IMG/VR virus record: IMGVR_UViG_3300045988_080954 | DNA from: a virus | DNA length: 64,000 bases | Strand: one strand, 5' to 3' | In this document: positions 8,974 through 17,112 of the stretch, piece by piece | Numbering within the stretch: position 1 is the first letter of the stretch | Layout: every line of letters begins with the position of its first letter | Notes under the pieces: model-generated | Seen by the model: the letters and a program-made list of their open reading frames with translations, nothing else | What the model was told of the DNA's origin: nothing | Databases searched by the model: none | Made by a program: the position numbers and the translations under genes

Positions 8974-9783
8974 ATGATGAATGGTTCAAATTACAGTCTT
9001 AGTGACATTGCTGCCGCTACAGGCTCTAATAATCGCGCCAATGATATGTGGGGCGGTGATGGCTTTTCACTTATCTGGCTCGTCCTGATCTTTGCCATCT
9101 TTGGATGGGGAGGTTTTGGCGGCTGGGGCGGCGGCTTCGGCGGTAATGGTGGAAACGGTGCGAACGGTGCCGGATTCCAGGGATGGGCTACCCGTGCTGA
9201 TATCAACGAGGGGTTTGCTCTTAATGATATCCAGAACGGCATCAGAGGCATTCAGCAAGGTATTTGTGATAGCACATATGCTCTTAACAATACCATGCAA
9301 AGTGGCTTCAATGGCGTGAACGTTGGAATGCTTCAGGGCTTCAACGGCGTTCAGCAGGCAATTAACGCTGATACAGTGGCTAATATGCAGAACACCAATA
9401 CATTACAGTCTCAGTTAGCAAACTGTTGCTGTGAAACAAGAGAGGCTATCCAGGGCATCAACTACAACATGGCTACCAACACTTGTGCTCTCCAGAACAC
9501 AATGAACAATAACACCAGAGACCTTCTGGAAAACCAGAATAGCAATACAAGAGCAATCCTTGATTTCCTGACTCAGGATAAGATTGCAACATTACAGGCA
9601 GAAAATACTGATCTGAAACGTGCTGCATCTCAGGATCGCCAGTCCGCATTGCTTACAACTGCTATGGCTTCGCAGACTCAGCAGTTAATCAATGCAATTA
9701 ATCCGGCAGCCATCCCGGCATACGTTGTTCCTAATCCGAATACCTATTACGGCGGATGCGGATGCAACAGTGGATGCTGCTAA
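8974..9783 (+). CDS. membrane-anchored Gly-rich, N/Q-rich, Cys-tailed protein
   Basis: 269 aa with AAGGAG upstream. It has a TM helix FSLIWLVLIFAIFGW, a GGFGGWGGGFGGNGGNGANGAG tract, a CCC triplet and a C-terminal YYGGCGCNSGCC. Confidence 0.6.
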   Translation: MMNGSNYSLSDIAAATGSNNRANDMWGGDGFSLIWLVLIFAIFGWGGFGGWGGGFGGNGGNGANGAGFQGWATRADINEGFALNDIQNGIRGIQQGICDSTYALNNTMQSGFNGVNVGMLQGFNGVQQAINADTVANMQNTNTLQSQLANCCCETREAIQGINYNMATNTCALQNTMNNNTRDLLENQNSNTRAILDFLTQDKIATLQAENTDLKRAASQDRQSALLTTAMASQTQQLINAINPAAIPAYVVPNPNTYYGGCGCNSGCC

Positions 9784-9813
9784 GTAACTCACCCTTAGAG
9801 GTTGACTAATTCT

Positions 9814-9845
9814 AAGAGGTGGGTTACGGCTCACCTCTTATTTTG
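9814..9845 (+). terminator. intrinsic terminator
   Basis: AAGAGGTG (9814-9821) pairs with CACCTCTT (9832-9839), then ATTTTG. Confidence 0.6.
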
Positions 9846-9861
9846 ATTGAGAGGTAAAAAT

Positions 9862-10287
9862 ATGAGTTGTAAGAATGTTTGTAAACTTTGCAGTCATCTT
9901 GTAATCAGTCAAGCTGTTGCGTTTACAGGTGGTAATCTTGTAATCACACTCCCAGCAGGCAGTTACAACAATGGAGAGAAATATTGTATTGTTGTTGCAC
10001 AAAGTATACCGGAAGCCACCACAATTACCGCCCCGGTAATGATTCAAATAGGAACAGGAACAACTTTGTATCCGCTAGAGAATCGTTGCTGTGCACAGGT
10101 TACGGCTTGCGGAATAAGAACCAGAACGAAGTACGCAACCAGAGTAGCTACAAGTGCAACTGGTGGAGTATTCAAGATGTTAGGAAATCCAGCTTGTAGT
10201 CCGAGTAACAATTTAACAGCAATTAATGGTGCAGCCCCAACGACAGACACACCTGTTACACAGGCTGCCAGAAAGGGGGCAATGTAA
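9862..10287 (+). CDS. Cys-rich beta-rich small protein, family not recognised
   Basis: 141 aa from ATG 9862. It has MSCKNVCKLCSH at the N-terminus, then NRCCAQVTACG and NPACS (8 Cys by my count). Confidence 0.55.
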   Translation: MSCKNVCKLCSHLVISQAVAFTGGNLVITLPAGSYNNGEKYCIVVAQSIPEATTITAPVMIQIGTGTTLYPLENRCCAQVTACGIRTRTKYATRVATSATGGVFKMLGNPACSPSNNLTAINGAAPTTDTPVTQAARKGAM

Positions 10288-10919
10288 TGCATAAAGTTGC
10301 AATGGAAATGGGAAAATGGGCTATGGAGAAAGCTAAAGCACATGGCTTTGATACTCTCAACGCTCAAGACTGGGACGATTTGAAAGACTGCATGGAAGCT
10401 GTAAAGTGTGCGATTTGTGCAGATAAGGATTACAGAATCGTAGAAGCTATGGACGAATGCGAGCAGGAAGAGAAATATCTTGGACGTATGGGATATGACA
10501 GATATCGTTATTCCAATGGCAGATTTGCCCCAAAAGGCAGAGGAAGCCGCATGGGATATATTCCTTATCTTCACGCACAGGATGATGACTGGATGAATGA
10601 ATATCTGAATAATCCAGAATTTGAACGCAATATGTACCGCATGGGATATCACCCAGAATATTCGGACAGGAATATGGGGAATGATGGCATGAATCGTCAG
10701 CAATCCAGATATGGTGAAACCTACGACAGATACAGCGAGAATCGCAGACATTACCATGATTCCAAAGACGCTGAGTCCAAGAGAAAAATGGATGATTCCA
10801 TGAAAGAGTATACAGAAGATATCATCCGCAATATGAAAGAAATGTGGGATGATGCAGACGCATCAATCAGACAGCAGATGAAAACTGACTTGACACGTTT
10901 TATACAGCAGATGAATTGA
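10287..10919 (+). CDS. Tyr/Arg/Met/Asp-rich protein with three RMGY repeats
   Basis: 210 aa with a start overlapping the upstream stop. Contains GRMGYDRYRY, SRMGYIPY and YRMGYHPEY, and an N-terminal 4-Cys segment. Confidence 0.55.
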   Translation: MHKVAMEMGKWAMEKAKAHGFDTLNAQDWDDLKDCMEAVKCAICADKDYRIVEAMDECEQEEKYLGRMGYDRYRYSNGRFAPKGRGSRMGYIPYLHAQDDDWMNEYLNNPEFERNMYRMGYHPEYSDRNMGNDGMNRQQSRYGETYDRYSENRRHYHDSKDAESKRKMDDSMKEYTEDIIRNMKEMWDDADASIRQQMKTDLTRFIQQMN

Positions 10920-10935
10920 ATATGAAATGAATTTT

Positions 10936-10968
10936 GCCCTTGTTACAGGAATGTAGCAGGGGCTTTTT
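10936..10968 (+). terminator. intrinsic terminator
   Basis: GCCCTTG (10936-10942) pairs with CAGGGGC (10957-10963, one G-U), then TTTTT. Confidence 0.55.
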
Positions 10969-10987
10969 GGTTATGGAGGTACATAAT

Positions 10988-11149
10988 ATGTCGAGAAAAA
11001 AAGCGGAAGTCAAAATTAAAATGATTTGTGAGAAATGCGGAAAACCACAGAAACCAAGTGCTGACAAATCAACAACTAATTGGAATGTATATGACTGTCA
11101 TGAAAAATGTGAATGCGGTGGAAAATTCGTAATGAAATTCGAGGATTGA
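10988..11149 (+). CDS. zinc-ribbon-like small protein
   Basis: 53 aa from ATG 10988 with GGAGG upstream. Contains CEKCG...CHEKCECGG. Confidence 0.45.
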   Translation: MSRKKAEVKIKMICEKCGKPQKPSADKSTTNWNVYDCHEKCECGGKFVMKFED

Positions 11150-11151
11150 TT

Positions 11152-11502
11152 ATGGAAAATTTGACTGTAAATATTTTAGGAACCGAGTACAAAATATATT
11201 TCAGGAATGAAAAAGACGACGATTTACTTGATGGAAAAGGCAGAGATGGATACACGGATATGTCCGCGCACGAAATTATAGTGTGTAACAAAAAAGATGA
11301 TTGTGAATTAAGAGATTACGAAAATTGGAAGAAAAACATTCTACGTCATGAAATTGTTCATGCTTTTTTATTTGAAAGTGGACTTGATTCTTCGTCTGCC
11401 AATTTTTATGGAGCATGGGCTACGAACGAAGAAATGGTTGATTGGTTTGCAATTCAATCTCCAAAGATTTTTAAAGTATTCCAAGAACTTGATTTAATTT
11501 GA
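11152..11502 (+). CDS. HExxH metallopeptidase-like protein (ImmA/IrrE- or SprT-like)
   Basis: 116 aa containing ...ILRHEIVHAFLFESG. Confidence 0.5.
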   Translation: MENLTVNILGTEYKIYFRNEKDDDLLDGKGRDGYTDMSAHEIIVCNKKDDCELRDYENWKKNILRHEIVHAFLFESGLDSSSANFYGAWATNEEMVDWFAIQSPKIFKVFQELDLI

Positions 11503-11520
11503 AAAGGATGGTGATAAACC

Positions 11521-11907
11521 ATGCTAAGACAATTTTATATGAACGGAGACCTATGGAGAGTGCAGTTTGTATCTCCGCACGACAGCGTGTTAATTGACCG
11601 TACAGGCAATAGAACGCTTGGAGTATCGGATTATTCAACCCACGTTATTTCAATCGCAAATAACTTGTATGGAGAACTTCTGAACCGTGTATTTATTCAT
11701 GAGTTAGGGCATTGTGTGATGTTCAGTTATGGTCTATTACCAGAACTTCATCGTATGGTTAAGAAACGGTATTGGGTGGACGCGGAGGAATTTGTATGTA
11801 ATATTCTGGCAGACTATGGACAGTTTGTTATTGGCACGGCCAGAGATATCTTAGGAAACCAGTTCACATATGTGGCTCCTATCGGGGCAGAAAGGATGAT
11901 TGCATAG
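11521..11907 (+). CDS. second HExxH metallopeptidase-like protein
   Basis: 128 aa containing ...VFIHELGHCVMFSYG. It is in tandem with the previous gene. Confidence 0.5.
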   Translation: MLRQFYMNGDLWRVQFVSPHDSVLIDRTGNRTLGVSDYSTHVISIANNLYGELLNRVFIHELGHCVMFSYGLLPELHRMVKKRYWVDAEEFVCNILADYGQFVIGTARDILGNQFTYVAPIGAERMIA

Positions 11908-12150
11908 ATGGCAAAAGCAGAAAACACAATTATTTTTGATGGCATTCAGTACAATCCCGGTGATGAATTGCCGGATTTAGGTAGTTGGGTATGTACAGAT
12001 GCAAGAGGTATGGTTCGTGATTACGAGGGACTTTCAAAAGACGTATCAAAGCTCCCGCATTATGTAGAGAGCGGTTCTTCGGCGCTGTGCCTTGATACTT
12101 CTGAATTATACGAATATCACAAACCTACCGATACATGGTACAAACTGTAA
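11908..12150 (+). CDS. hypothetical protein
   Basis: 80 aa, starting immediately after the upstream stop, with GAAAGGA upstream. Confidence 0.4.
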   Translation: MAKAENTIIFDGIQYNPGDELPDLGSWVCTDARGMVRDYEGLSKDVSKLPHYVESGSSALCLDTSELYEYHKPTDTWYKL

Positions 12151-12163
12151 AGGAGAAGCGCAT

Positions 12164-13462
12164 ATGGCATTAACAGCAAAGAAAGTATATGCAATATTAA
12201 AACGCCAGATTTCCGATATGGAAGCAAAATTAAATAGCCCTGTAAGATACAGAGGTACAGTTGCGACTGCTGATTTGCTTCCATTAAATCCAGATATTGG
12301 CGATATGTACAATATCGAGTCTAAGTCGGTCTACGGCGAAGCAGGAATGAATGTGGCATGGAACGGCGTAGTTTGGGACACTATGGGCGCTCCAATTGAT
12401 ATGTCACTGTATCTCACAAAAGAAGAAGCAGAGACGGTAATACAAAGATTAGTTACGGAATATTTTGAAAAGAATCCAGTCAAGCCTGGAGCCACGACAG
12501 AACAGGCACAGCAGATCGAGCAGAACAAGACAGACATTGCTTCACTGAAAACGGAAACTGGTTCACTGAAGGAAGATATATCCACCAAAATCACCAAATT
12601 CTATGCAAGTTCACAAGGTGAAACTCATATTACTGATTCTGACAATGGCAAGATTCAAGATATGATGATATATGGCAAATCATCACAGGATGGAACACCA
12701 ACGCCAGAGAATCCAGTTGAGATTAAAAGCGTGGTGAATCCAACGGTGAAGGTGTCAAACGAAGATGGAACACAATTTAAGACCGTCACTCTCCCATACA
12801 CATTAAATGCAATCCCTGTAAGTTCAGGTGGTAACGTCACAATCGACGGACAGCAGTATATTGCGGATTATGTGGATGTGGAACGTGGGAAACGAGTACA
12901 GAGAATTATTAAGTATAAAATAACAGGTGATGAAAACATTTATGAACACGCAAGTGGTTGGATATATTGCGATACCGATTTAAAACTGGTTTCTCAAATA
13001 TGTGCAACTAATATTGCGAAAACAATAACTGATCAATATATTTTATCGGGCAATTATATCAGATCAGGAGCAACTGGTTTCTATTTTACACATAATGATA
13101 TATTCACTGATGTTAATGCGTTTAAAAACTATGTGAAAAATAACGATGTGTATGTTTATACTGCATTATCAACACCCGAAGAAATCGACCTCACCACCGA
13201 AGAAATTGCCGCATTCAAAGCACTTACAACATATTACCCGACTACAAATATCAGCGTCAATTCCGAACAGCTTGACGGATATACAATATTCAATTATCCA
13301 ATTTCAATGGAGAACGGTTGGAACTATGTAAAACAGCAGATAGGCGATACGAGGGATTATATCTATGATATGGACGCACGTACTCAGGATACTGATTTAC
13401 AGGCGGCAGAAGCCTACGTTAACAGCGAATACGCAGTAGCACTTACAGAATTGGAGGTATGA
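12164..13462 (+). CDS. tail-fibre / receptor-binding-like protein
   Basis: 432 aa from ATG 12164. The N-terminal YRGTVATADLLPLNPDIGDMYNIE...NVAWNGVVWD motif is one I associate with Firmicute phage fibre proteins. It is followed by an XkdX-like gene. Confidence 0.55.
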   Translation: MALTAKKVYAILKRQISDMEAKLNSPVRYRGTVATADLLPLNPDIGDMYNIESKSVYGEAGMNVAWNGVVWDTMGAPIDMSLYLTKEEAETVIQRLVTEYFEKNPVKPGATTEQAQQIEQNKTDIASLKTETGSLKEDISTKITKFYASSQGETHITDSDNGKIQDMMIYGKSSQDGTPTPENPVEIKSVVNPTVKVSNEDGTQFKTVTLPYTLNAIPVSSGGNVTIDGQQYIADYVDVERGKRVQRIIKYKITGDENIYEHASGWIYCDTDLKLVSQICATNIAKTITDQYILSGNYIRSGATGFYFTHNDIFTDVNAFKNYVKNNDVYVYTALSTPEEIDLTTEEIAAFKALTTYYPTTNISVNSEQLDGYTIFNYPISMENGWNYVKQQIGDTRDYIYDMDARTQDTDLQAAEAYVNSEYAVALTELEV

Positions 13463-13464
13463 TT

Positions 13465-13605
13465 ATGTTATACAGAACATTATTAAAACTTAAAAAAAGA
13501 AACGGACTGACAGACGATTTAAAAAATAAGATTGATATTTTCTTCGCAACGGGCAGGATTACCGAGGAACAGTATAATGAGCTGATGGATGCTTTAGTTA
13601 ATTAA
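13465..13605 (+). CDS. XkdX-like small protein
   Basis: 46 aa, MLYRTLLKLKKRNGLTDDLKNKIDIFFATGRITEEQYNELMDALVN. The ...G.IT.EQY..L pattern and the position after a fibre gene match PBSX. Confidence 0.5.
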   Translation: MLYRTLLKLKKRNGLTDDLKNKIDIFFATGRITEEQYNELMDALVN

Positions 13606-13675
13606 AAATCTCTCATAAATTCGCTAAAATATCTATTCAGATAGAGCGAACAGTGCTATAATCACTATAACAGAA

Positions 13676-13743
13676 CACAAAAAGAGGAGCTGGACTCCCG
13701 TCTACCAAACAAAAAGTCCAACTCCAAGCACCACAAAGGGTAC
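13676..13743 (-). ncRNA. candidate cis-antisense small RNA opposite the recombinase 5' leader
   Basis: Minus-strand promoter TTCACA (13778-13773), 17 nt, TATAAT (13755-13750), with TG at -15/-14. The hairpin 13725-13715/13696-13686 pairs best on the minus RNA (G-U) and is followed by TCTTTTTGTG. Confidence 0.4.
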
Positions 13744-13799
13744 GGGTATATTATAGCACAGTACTCTCCCTTTGTGAACCCAAAAGGAGGGTATTTTTT

Positions 13800-14795
13800 A
13801 TGAGAGAAAAATTCGTGAATGGGTTCATGACAAATCTGTATGAAGAAATTCCGGAAGAATATCTTGAAACAGTCAGAAACAAACTGGCGTTGTATGTAAA
13901 TGATTTTGATATCAGTCAAAGAGAAACAGCAGTTGTAAAGTATACTGGATATTTGCCAGATTTTTACAAAACTTACATTGTAAGCAGGAAGATCGAGGGT
14001 TTGAGTAAAAAGACTCTCGAACTCTACAATCTTTATCTGGATGATTTCTTTTTCACAGTCAATAAAAAAGCTGAAGATATTACCGCAAATGACATTCGTG
14101 TATATCTGTATAATGCTCAGGAGAGCAGAGGGTTGAGTAATCGAACGCTTGATAGTAGAAGAACTGCCATACACGCTTTCTTCGAGTGGGCTGCAAACGA
14201 AGGATATATAGGCAAGAACCCGTGCAGAGTTATCAAAAATATCAAGTATGAACGTGTAGAGAAGAAACCTCTGACAGATATGGAACTGGAAAGAATCAGA
14301 CAGGTATGCGAAACGGTACGCGAAAAGGCAATGATTGAATTCTTATACAGTACAGGAGCCAGAGTGACAGAAGCATGCGCTGTCAAGAAACAAGATGTGG
14401 ATTTTCAAAATGGCGAAGTAATTGTTTTAGGAAAAGGAAATAAGCATAGAAAAGTATATCTAAATGCTCGCAGCAAACTTCTTTTAGGACAGTACCTTGC
14501 ATTCAGAAATGATGATTCGGAATATCTTTTTGTAAGTGAAAGAAAACCCCACAACGTATTAAAAAAAGAAGCAATTGAAAGAATTGTACGAATAATCGGT
14601 GAGCGGTCAGAACTGGACAGGCCTCTGACACCGCATCTATTTAGGCATACTCTTGCGACTCTTATGCTTCAAAGAGGTACGCCGATTACTGAGGTGCAGA
14701 AGATTCTTGGACATGTCAACATTAACACGACAATGATCTATGCAAAGGTATCTGATGAAGATGTAAAAGTGTCTCATATGAAATATGCAATATAA
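13800..14795 (+). CDS. tyrosine recombinase (XerC/XerD-phage integrase family)
   Basis: 331 aa with AGGAGG upstream. Contains ...STGARVTEA..., ...HLFRHTLAT..., ...LGHVNINTTMIYAKV (R, H-x-x-R, H and Y catalytic signature). Confidence 0.9.
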   Translation: MREKFVNGFMTNLYEEIPEEYLETVRNKLALYVNDFDISQRETAVVKYTGYLPDFYKTYIVSRKIEGLSKKTLELYNLYLDDFFFTVNKKAEDITANDIRVYLYNAQESRGLSNRTLDSRRTAIHAFFEWAANEGYIGKNPCRVIKNIKYERVEKKPLTDMELERIRQVCETVREKAMIEFLYSTGARVTEACAVKKQDVDFQNGEVIVLGKGNKHRKVYLNARSKLLLGQYLAFRNDDSEYLFVSERKPHNVLKKEAIERIVRIIGERSELDRPLTPHLFRHTLATLMLQRGTPITEVQKILGHVNINTTMIYAKVSDEDVKVSHMKYAI

Positions 14796-14818
14796 GATTT
14801 TTGAAGGGAGAAATCGCC

Positions 14819-15217
14819 ATGAGAGGATTAAAACGCCAAAAACAGATAGTATATTGGTCAAGGGCAACTGAAGACCTTGACGGGATAGACACAATCAAAA
14901 CGTACCAAAAGCCAGAATTGCATCACCTCTCCGTGTCTGCGACCGCCGGAACGCCAGAGGAATTATCCGCCGGTTATATCCCGGACTACGACAGATACAT
15001 CACGAACTTTGACCGTGACTTCAAGCCGCAGACCGCCGATGTATTCTGGATAGACTGCAAGCCGGAACTGAATGAAGCAGGCGAACTTATCTTAGGCGAA
15101 GATGGAGAGCCTACAGTCCCACCAGATTACCGTCTAAAAAAGATTCTTGATACCCAGAAAGGGAATGTGGCACGATATGGTATCAAGTATATAGGAGATG
15201 GTTCAGATGGCGAATAA
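14819..15217 (+). CDS. head-tail joining module protein (family not assigned)
   Basis: 132 aa from ATG 14819 with GAAGGGAG upstream. It is the first ORF after the island, in the position expected for a head-closure/adaptor gene. Confidence 0.4.
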   Translation: MRGLKRQKQIVYWSRATEDLDGIDTIKTYQKPELHHLSVSATAGTPEELSAGYIPDYDRYITNFDRDFKPQTADVFWIDCKPELNEAGELILGEDGEPTVPPDYRLKKILDTQKGNVARYGIKYIGDGSDGE

Positions 15218-15725
15218 GACTATCAAAATGGAATTGTCGCATAAATCTATACAAGACACGATAAAACAGCTCAGAGCGTATCAGAAGTCACTTGCAAGTA
15301 AGAATGAGGAATTTGTCCGCAGGCTAGCAGAACTTGGAATCCCGGTCATAGATGAAAACATAGCATTGGCACAAGGCGATTCTGACAAAAACCATAACAC
15401 CTATATCAGAATCAATAACTTTGGCGGCTATTCTCAGGCGACGCTTGTGTGCGAAGGCTCTGACCTCCTGTTCATTGAGTTCGGTTCGGGTATTTCGTAT
15501 AACACTCCGGCAGGAACTAGCCCGCATCCTAAGGGGCAAGATTTTGGTTACACAATCGGTTCATACGGACAAGGGAATGGAAAGAATGAATCGTGGGTTT
15601 ATTATTCCGATTCTGGCGAATGGGTACGTTCTTACGGTACTGAAGCCACCATGCCAGTTTATAAGGCAAGCGTGGAGATTATGCAAAACATCAGAAAAAT
15701 TGCAAATGAAGTGTTTGGTTCCTAA
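15207..15725 (+). CDS. neck/tail-completion module protein (possibly HK97 gp10-like)
   Basis: 172 aa from ATG 15207; the 15198 ATG abuts the AGGAG site. The call is positional. Confidence 0.4.
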   Translation: MANKTIKMELSHKSIQDTIKQLRAYQKSLASKNEEFVRRLAELGIPVIDENIALAQGDSDKNHNTYIRINNFGGYSQATLVCEGSDLLFIEFGSGISYNTPAGTSPHPKGQDFGYTIGSYGQGNGKNESWVYYSDSGEWVRSYGTEATMPVYKASVEIMQNIRKIANEVFGS

Positions 15726-15770
15726 AAACTTCATACTGAATCATACCTGCATATTTGATATACTATACCA
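15723..15770 (+). promoter_or_regulatory. conserved intercistronic box, copy B (extended -10 TGATATACT at 15756-15764)
   Basis: Starts at a TAA stop. 15729-15746 and 15751-15762 are identical to copy A. Confidence 0.5.
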
Positions 15771-15777
15771 TATAAAA

Positions 15778-15805
15778 GCATCTACCTGAGCGGTGGGTGC
15801 TTTTT
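15778..15805 (+). terminator. intrinsic terminator
   Basis: GCATCTACC (15778-15786) pairs with GGTGGGTGC (15792-15800, two G-U), then TTTTT. Confidence 0.6.
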
Positions 15806-15824
15806 CTTATAACGAGGTGATTCT

Positions 15825-16232
15825 ATGCCAGACACGATCAGCAACCCGGTATCAGAAGTATTTTCTAGGTGGAGTAAAGACATTCAATCAACAGTCGGCA
15901 AAGGCAATTTTTCCATGGAGAAAAGCCAGACAATAGCATCTGGCAAAACAAAATACGCCAGATTATTCATGATGGGGAATCCTACGCAGTCAACAAGTCT
16001 CGAAGGTCACGAATGCGCAACAGTTCTTTCGTTTCAAACGGAAAGTTATGCATCTGGGACAAAGGCTTTATCGACTGCATACGAAATCGACAGCAAAAGT
16101 CATCAGGCCATGATTTCAATGGGCTTTCGCCGGACATACGGACCGGAAGAAGTTGCAAACTCCGAAAAGAGTTTCAAACGAATCATAAGCCGGTACAGCA
16201 GAATTTACACCGGGCAATTATTGGAAGCGTAA
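15825..16232 (+). CDS. tail-completion / minor structural protein (family not assigned)
   Basis: 135 aa with GAGGTGA upstream. The call is positional. Confidence 0.4.
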   Translation: MPDTISNPVSEVFSRWSKDIQSTVGKGNFSMEKSQTIASGKTKYARLFMMGNPTQSTSLEGHECATVLSFQTESYASGTKALSTAYEIDSKSHQAMISMGFRRTYGPEEVANSEKSFKRIISRYSRIYTGQLLEA

Positions 16233-16275
16233 CAGCTTCTATTTTTTTATACCAAAAAGAAAGGAGAGTGTCCCT

Positions 16276-16488
16276 ATGAGTAAAGATAAATTACAATGGC
16301 TGAAAGCTGCGGGAATCAGAGCTGTTAAGACAATTGCTCAGACAGCAGTTGCGACAATCGGAACCGCAACAGTCCTTGGAAGCGTTGACTGGAAGATGGT
16401 CGTATCCGCGTCCGTTCTTTCCGGCGTTTTATCCTTGCTTACATCTGTAGCAGGGCTTCCAGAACTGAAAACAGGCACAGATGAATAG
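16276..16488 (+). CDS. holin-like membrane protein
   Basis: 70 aa, ...AAGIRAVKTIAQTAVATIGTATVLGSVDWKMVVSASVLSGVLSLLTSVAGLPE. It has two hydrophobic helices and a pattern seen in Firmicute phage holin annotations. Confidence 0.55.
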   Translation: MSKDKLQWLKAAGIRAVKTIAQTAVATIGTATVLGSVDWKMVVSASVLSGVLSLLTSVAGLPELKTGTDE

Positions 16489-16533
16489 AAAGGACGGTGA
16501 TCCTTTTATCTCCCGGATGCAGGGTTACGCATC

Positions 16534-16554
16534 AGAGCCATGTGGCTCTTTTTT
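16534..16554 (+). terminator. intrinsic terminator
   Basis: AGAGCC, ATGT loop, GGCTCT, then TTTTT. Confidence 0.65.
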
Positions 16555-16594
16555 ATTGTAATTTTATAGCTGAAAAAGCAGAAAGGAGCCGAAT

Positions 16595-17089
16595 ATGGCA
16601 GACAAAGGAAATATAGCAGGCGTAAGTACCGTTGGTTCGCTTACTGGATATGCAGTTGAAACAACAGCAGGTACTAAACCGACAACATTTAAACTTCTTC
16701 ACAGAATCAATGCTTCTGATGAAATCAAAATTGACGTAGAAACAATCGACGCTTCCGCACTTGAAGATGAAGTCGAAAGAACTATTGCAGGACGTGGTTC
16801 TACAGGTGGTACATTTAACGTAACTGTAAACGTAACTGATGAAACTATCACTGAATGGGAAACCTTAATCAGCGAGTACAAAACAGGAAAAGCCGACGGA
16901 AAATCTATGTGGTACGAAGAATACTTCCCTTCTCTTAAAAAAGCATTCTTCACAAAAATCGAGCCGCCGACAATCATTCCTAAACCAGCGAGAGATCAGA
17001 ACGGCCTGTTAACCGTCGAAATGTCTCTTACTATTAATGAATATGTCGGCCCGAGTGAAGCAGTAGTTCCAACTGACAGCGGCCTTTAA
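16595..17089 (+). CDS. major tail protein
   Basis: 164 aa with AAAGGAG upstream. It lies upstream of the chaperone pair and tape measure and has a T/G/V-rich beta-type sequence. Confidence 0.7.
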   Translation: MADKGNIAGVSTVGSLTGYAVETTAGTKPTTFKLLHRINASDEIKIDVETIDASALEDEVERTIAGRGSTGGTFNVTVNVTDETITEWETLISEYKTGKADGKSMWYEEYFPSLKKAFFTKIEPPTIIPKPARDQNGLLTVEMSLTINEYVGPSEAVVPTDSGL

Positions 17090-17112
17090 ACACATTTGGG
17101 AGGACAAATAAT

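Larger units (their letters stand above)
7275..14818 (+). mobile_element. accessory island/moron array interrupting the head-tail joining genes; ends with a tyrosine recombinase
   Basis: 17 same-strand ORFs with their own terminators lie between the connector (ends 7274) and the next structural gene (14819). The recombinase gene stops 23 nt before 14819. No flanking att repeats were identified. Confidence 0.4.

Noticed and set aside
10044-10757. 237-aa minus-strand ORF
   Set aside because: It is antisense to two better-supported plus-strand genes. It gives a hydrophobic low-complexity translation, has no SD, and would be the only minus-strand gene in a 30-kb plus-strand array.
13650-13762. 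Tail-fibre shufflon or invertible fibre C-terminus driven by the adjacent tyrosine recombinase
   Set aside because: There are no inverted alternative fibre gene segments downstream of 12164-13605. The only inverted repeat encloses 87 bp of non-coding DNA. This is kept only as an alternative (an invertible terminator) in the finding.
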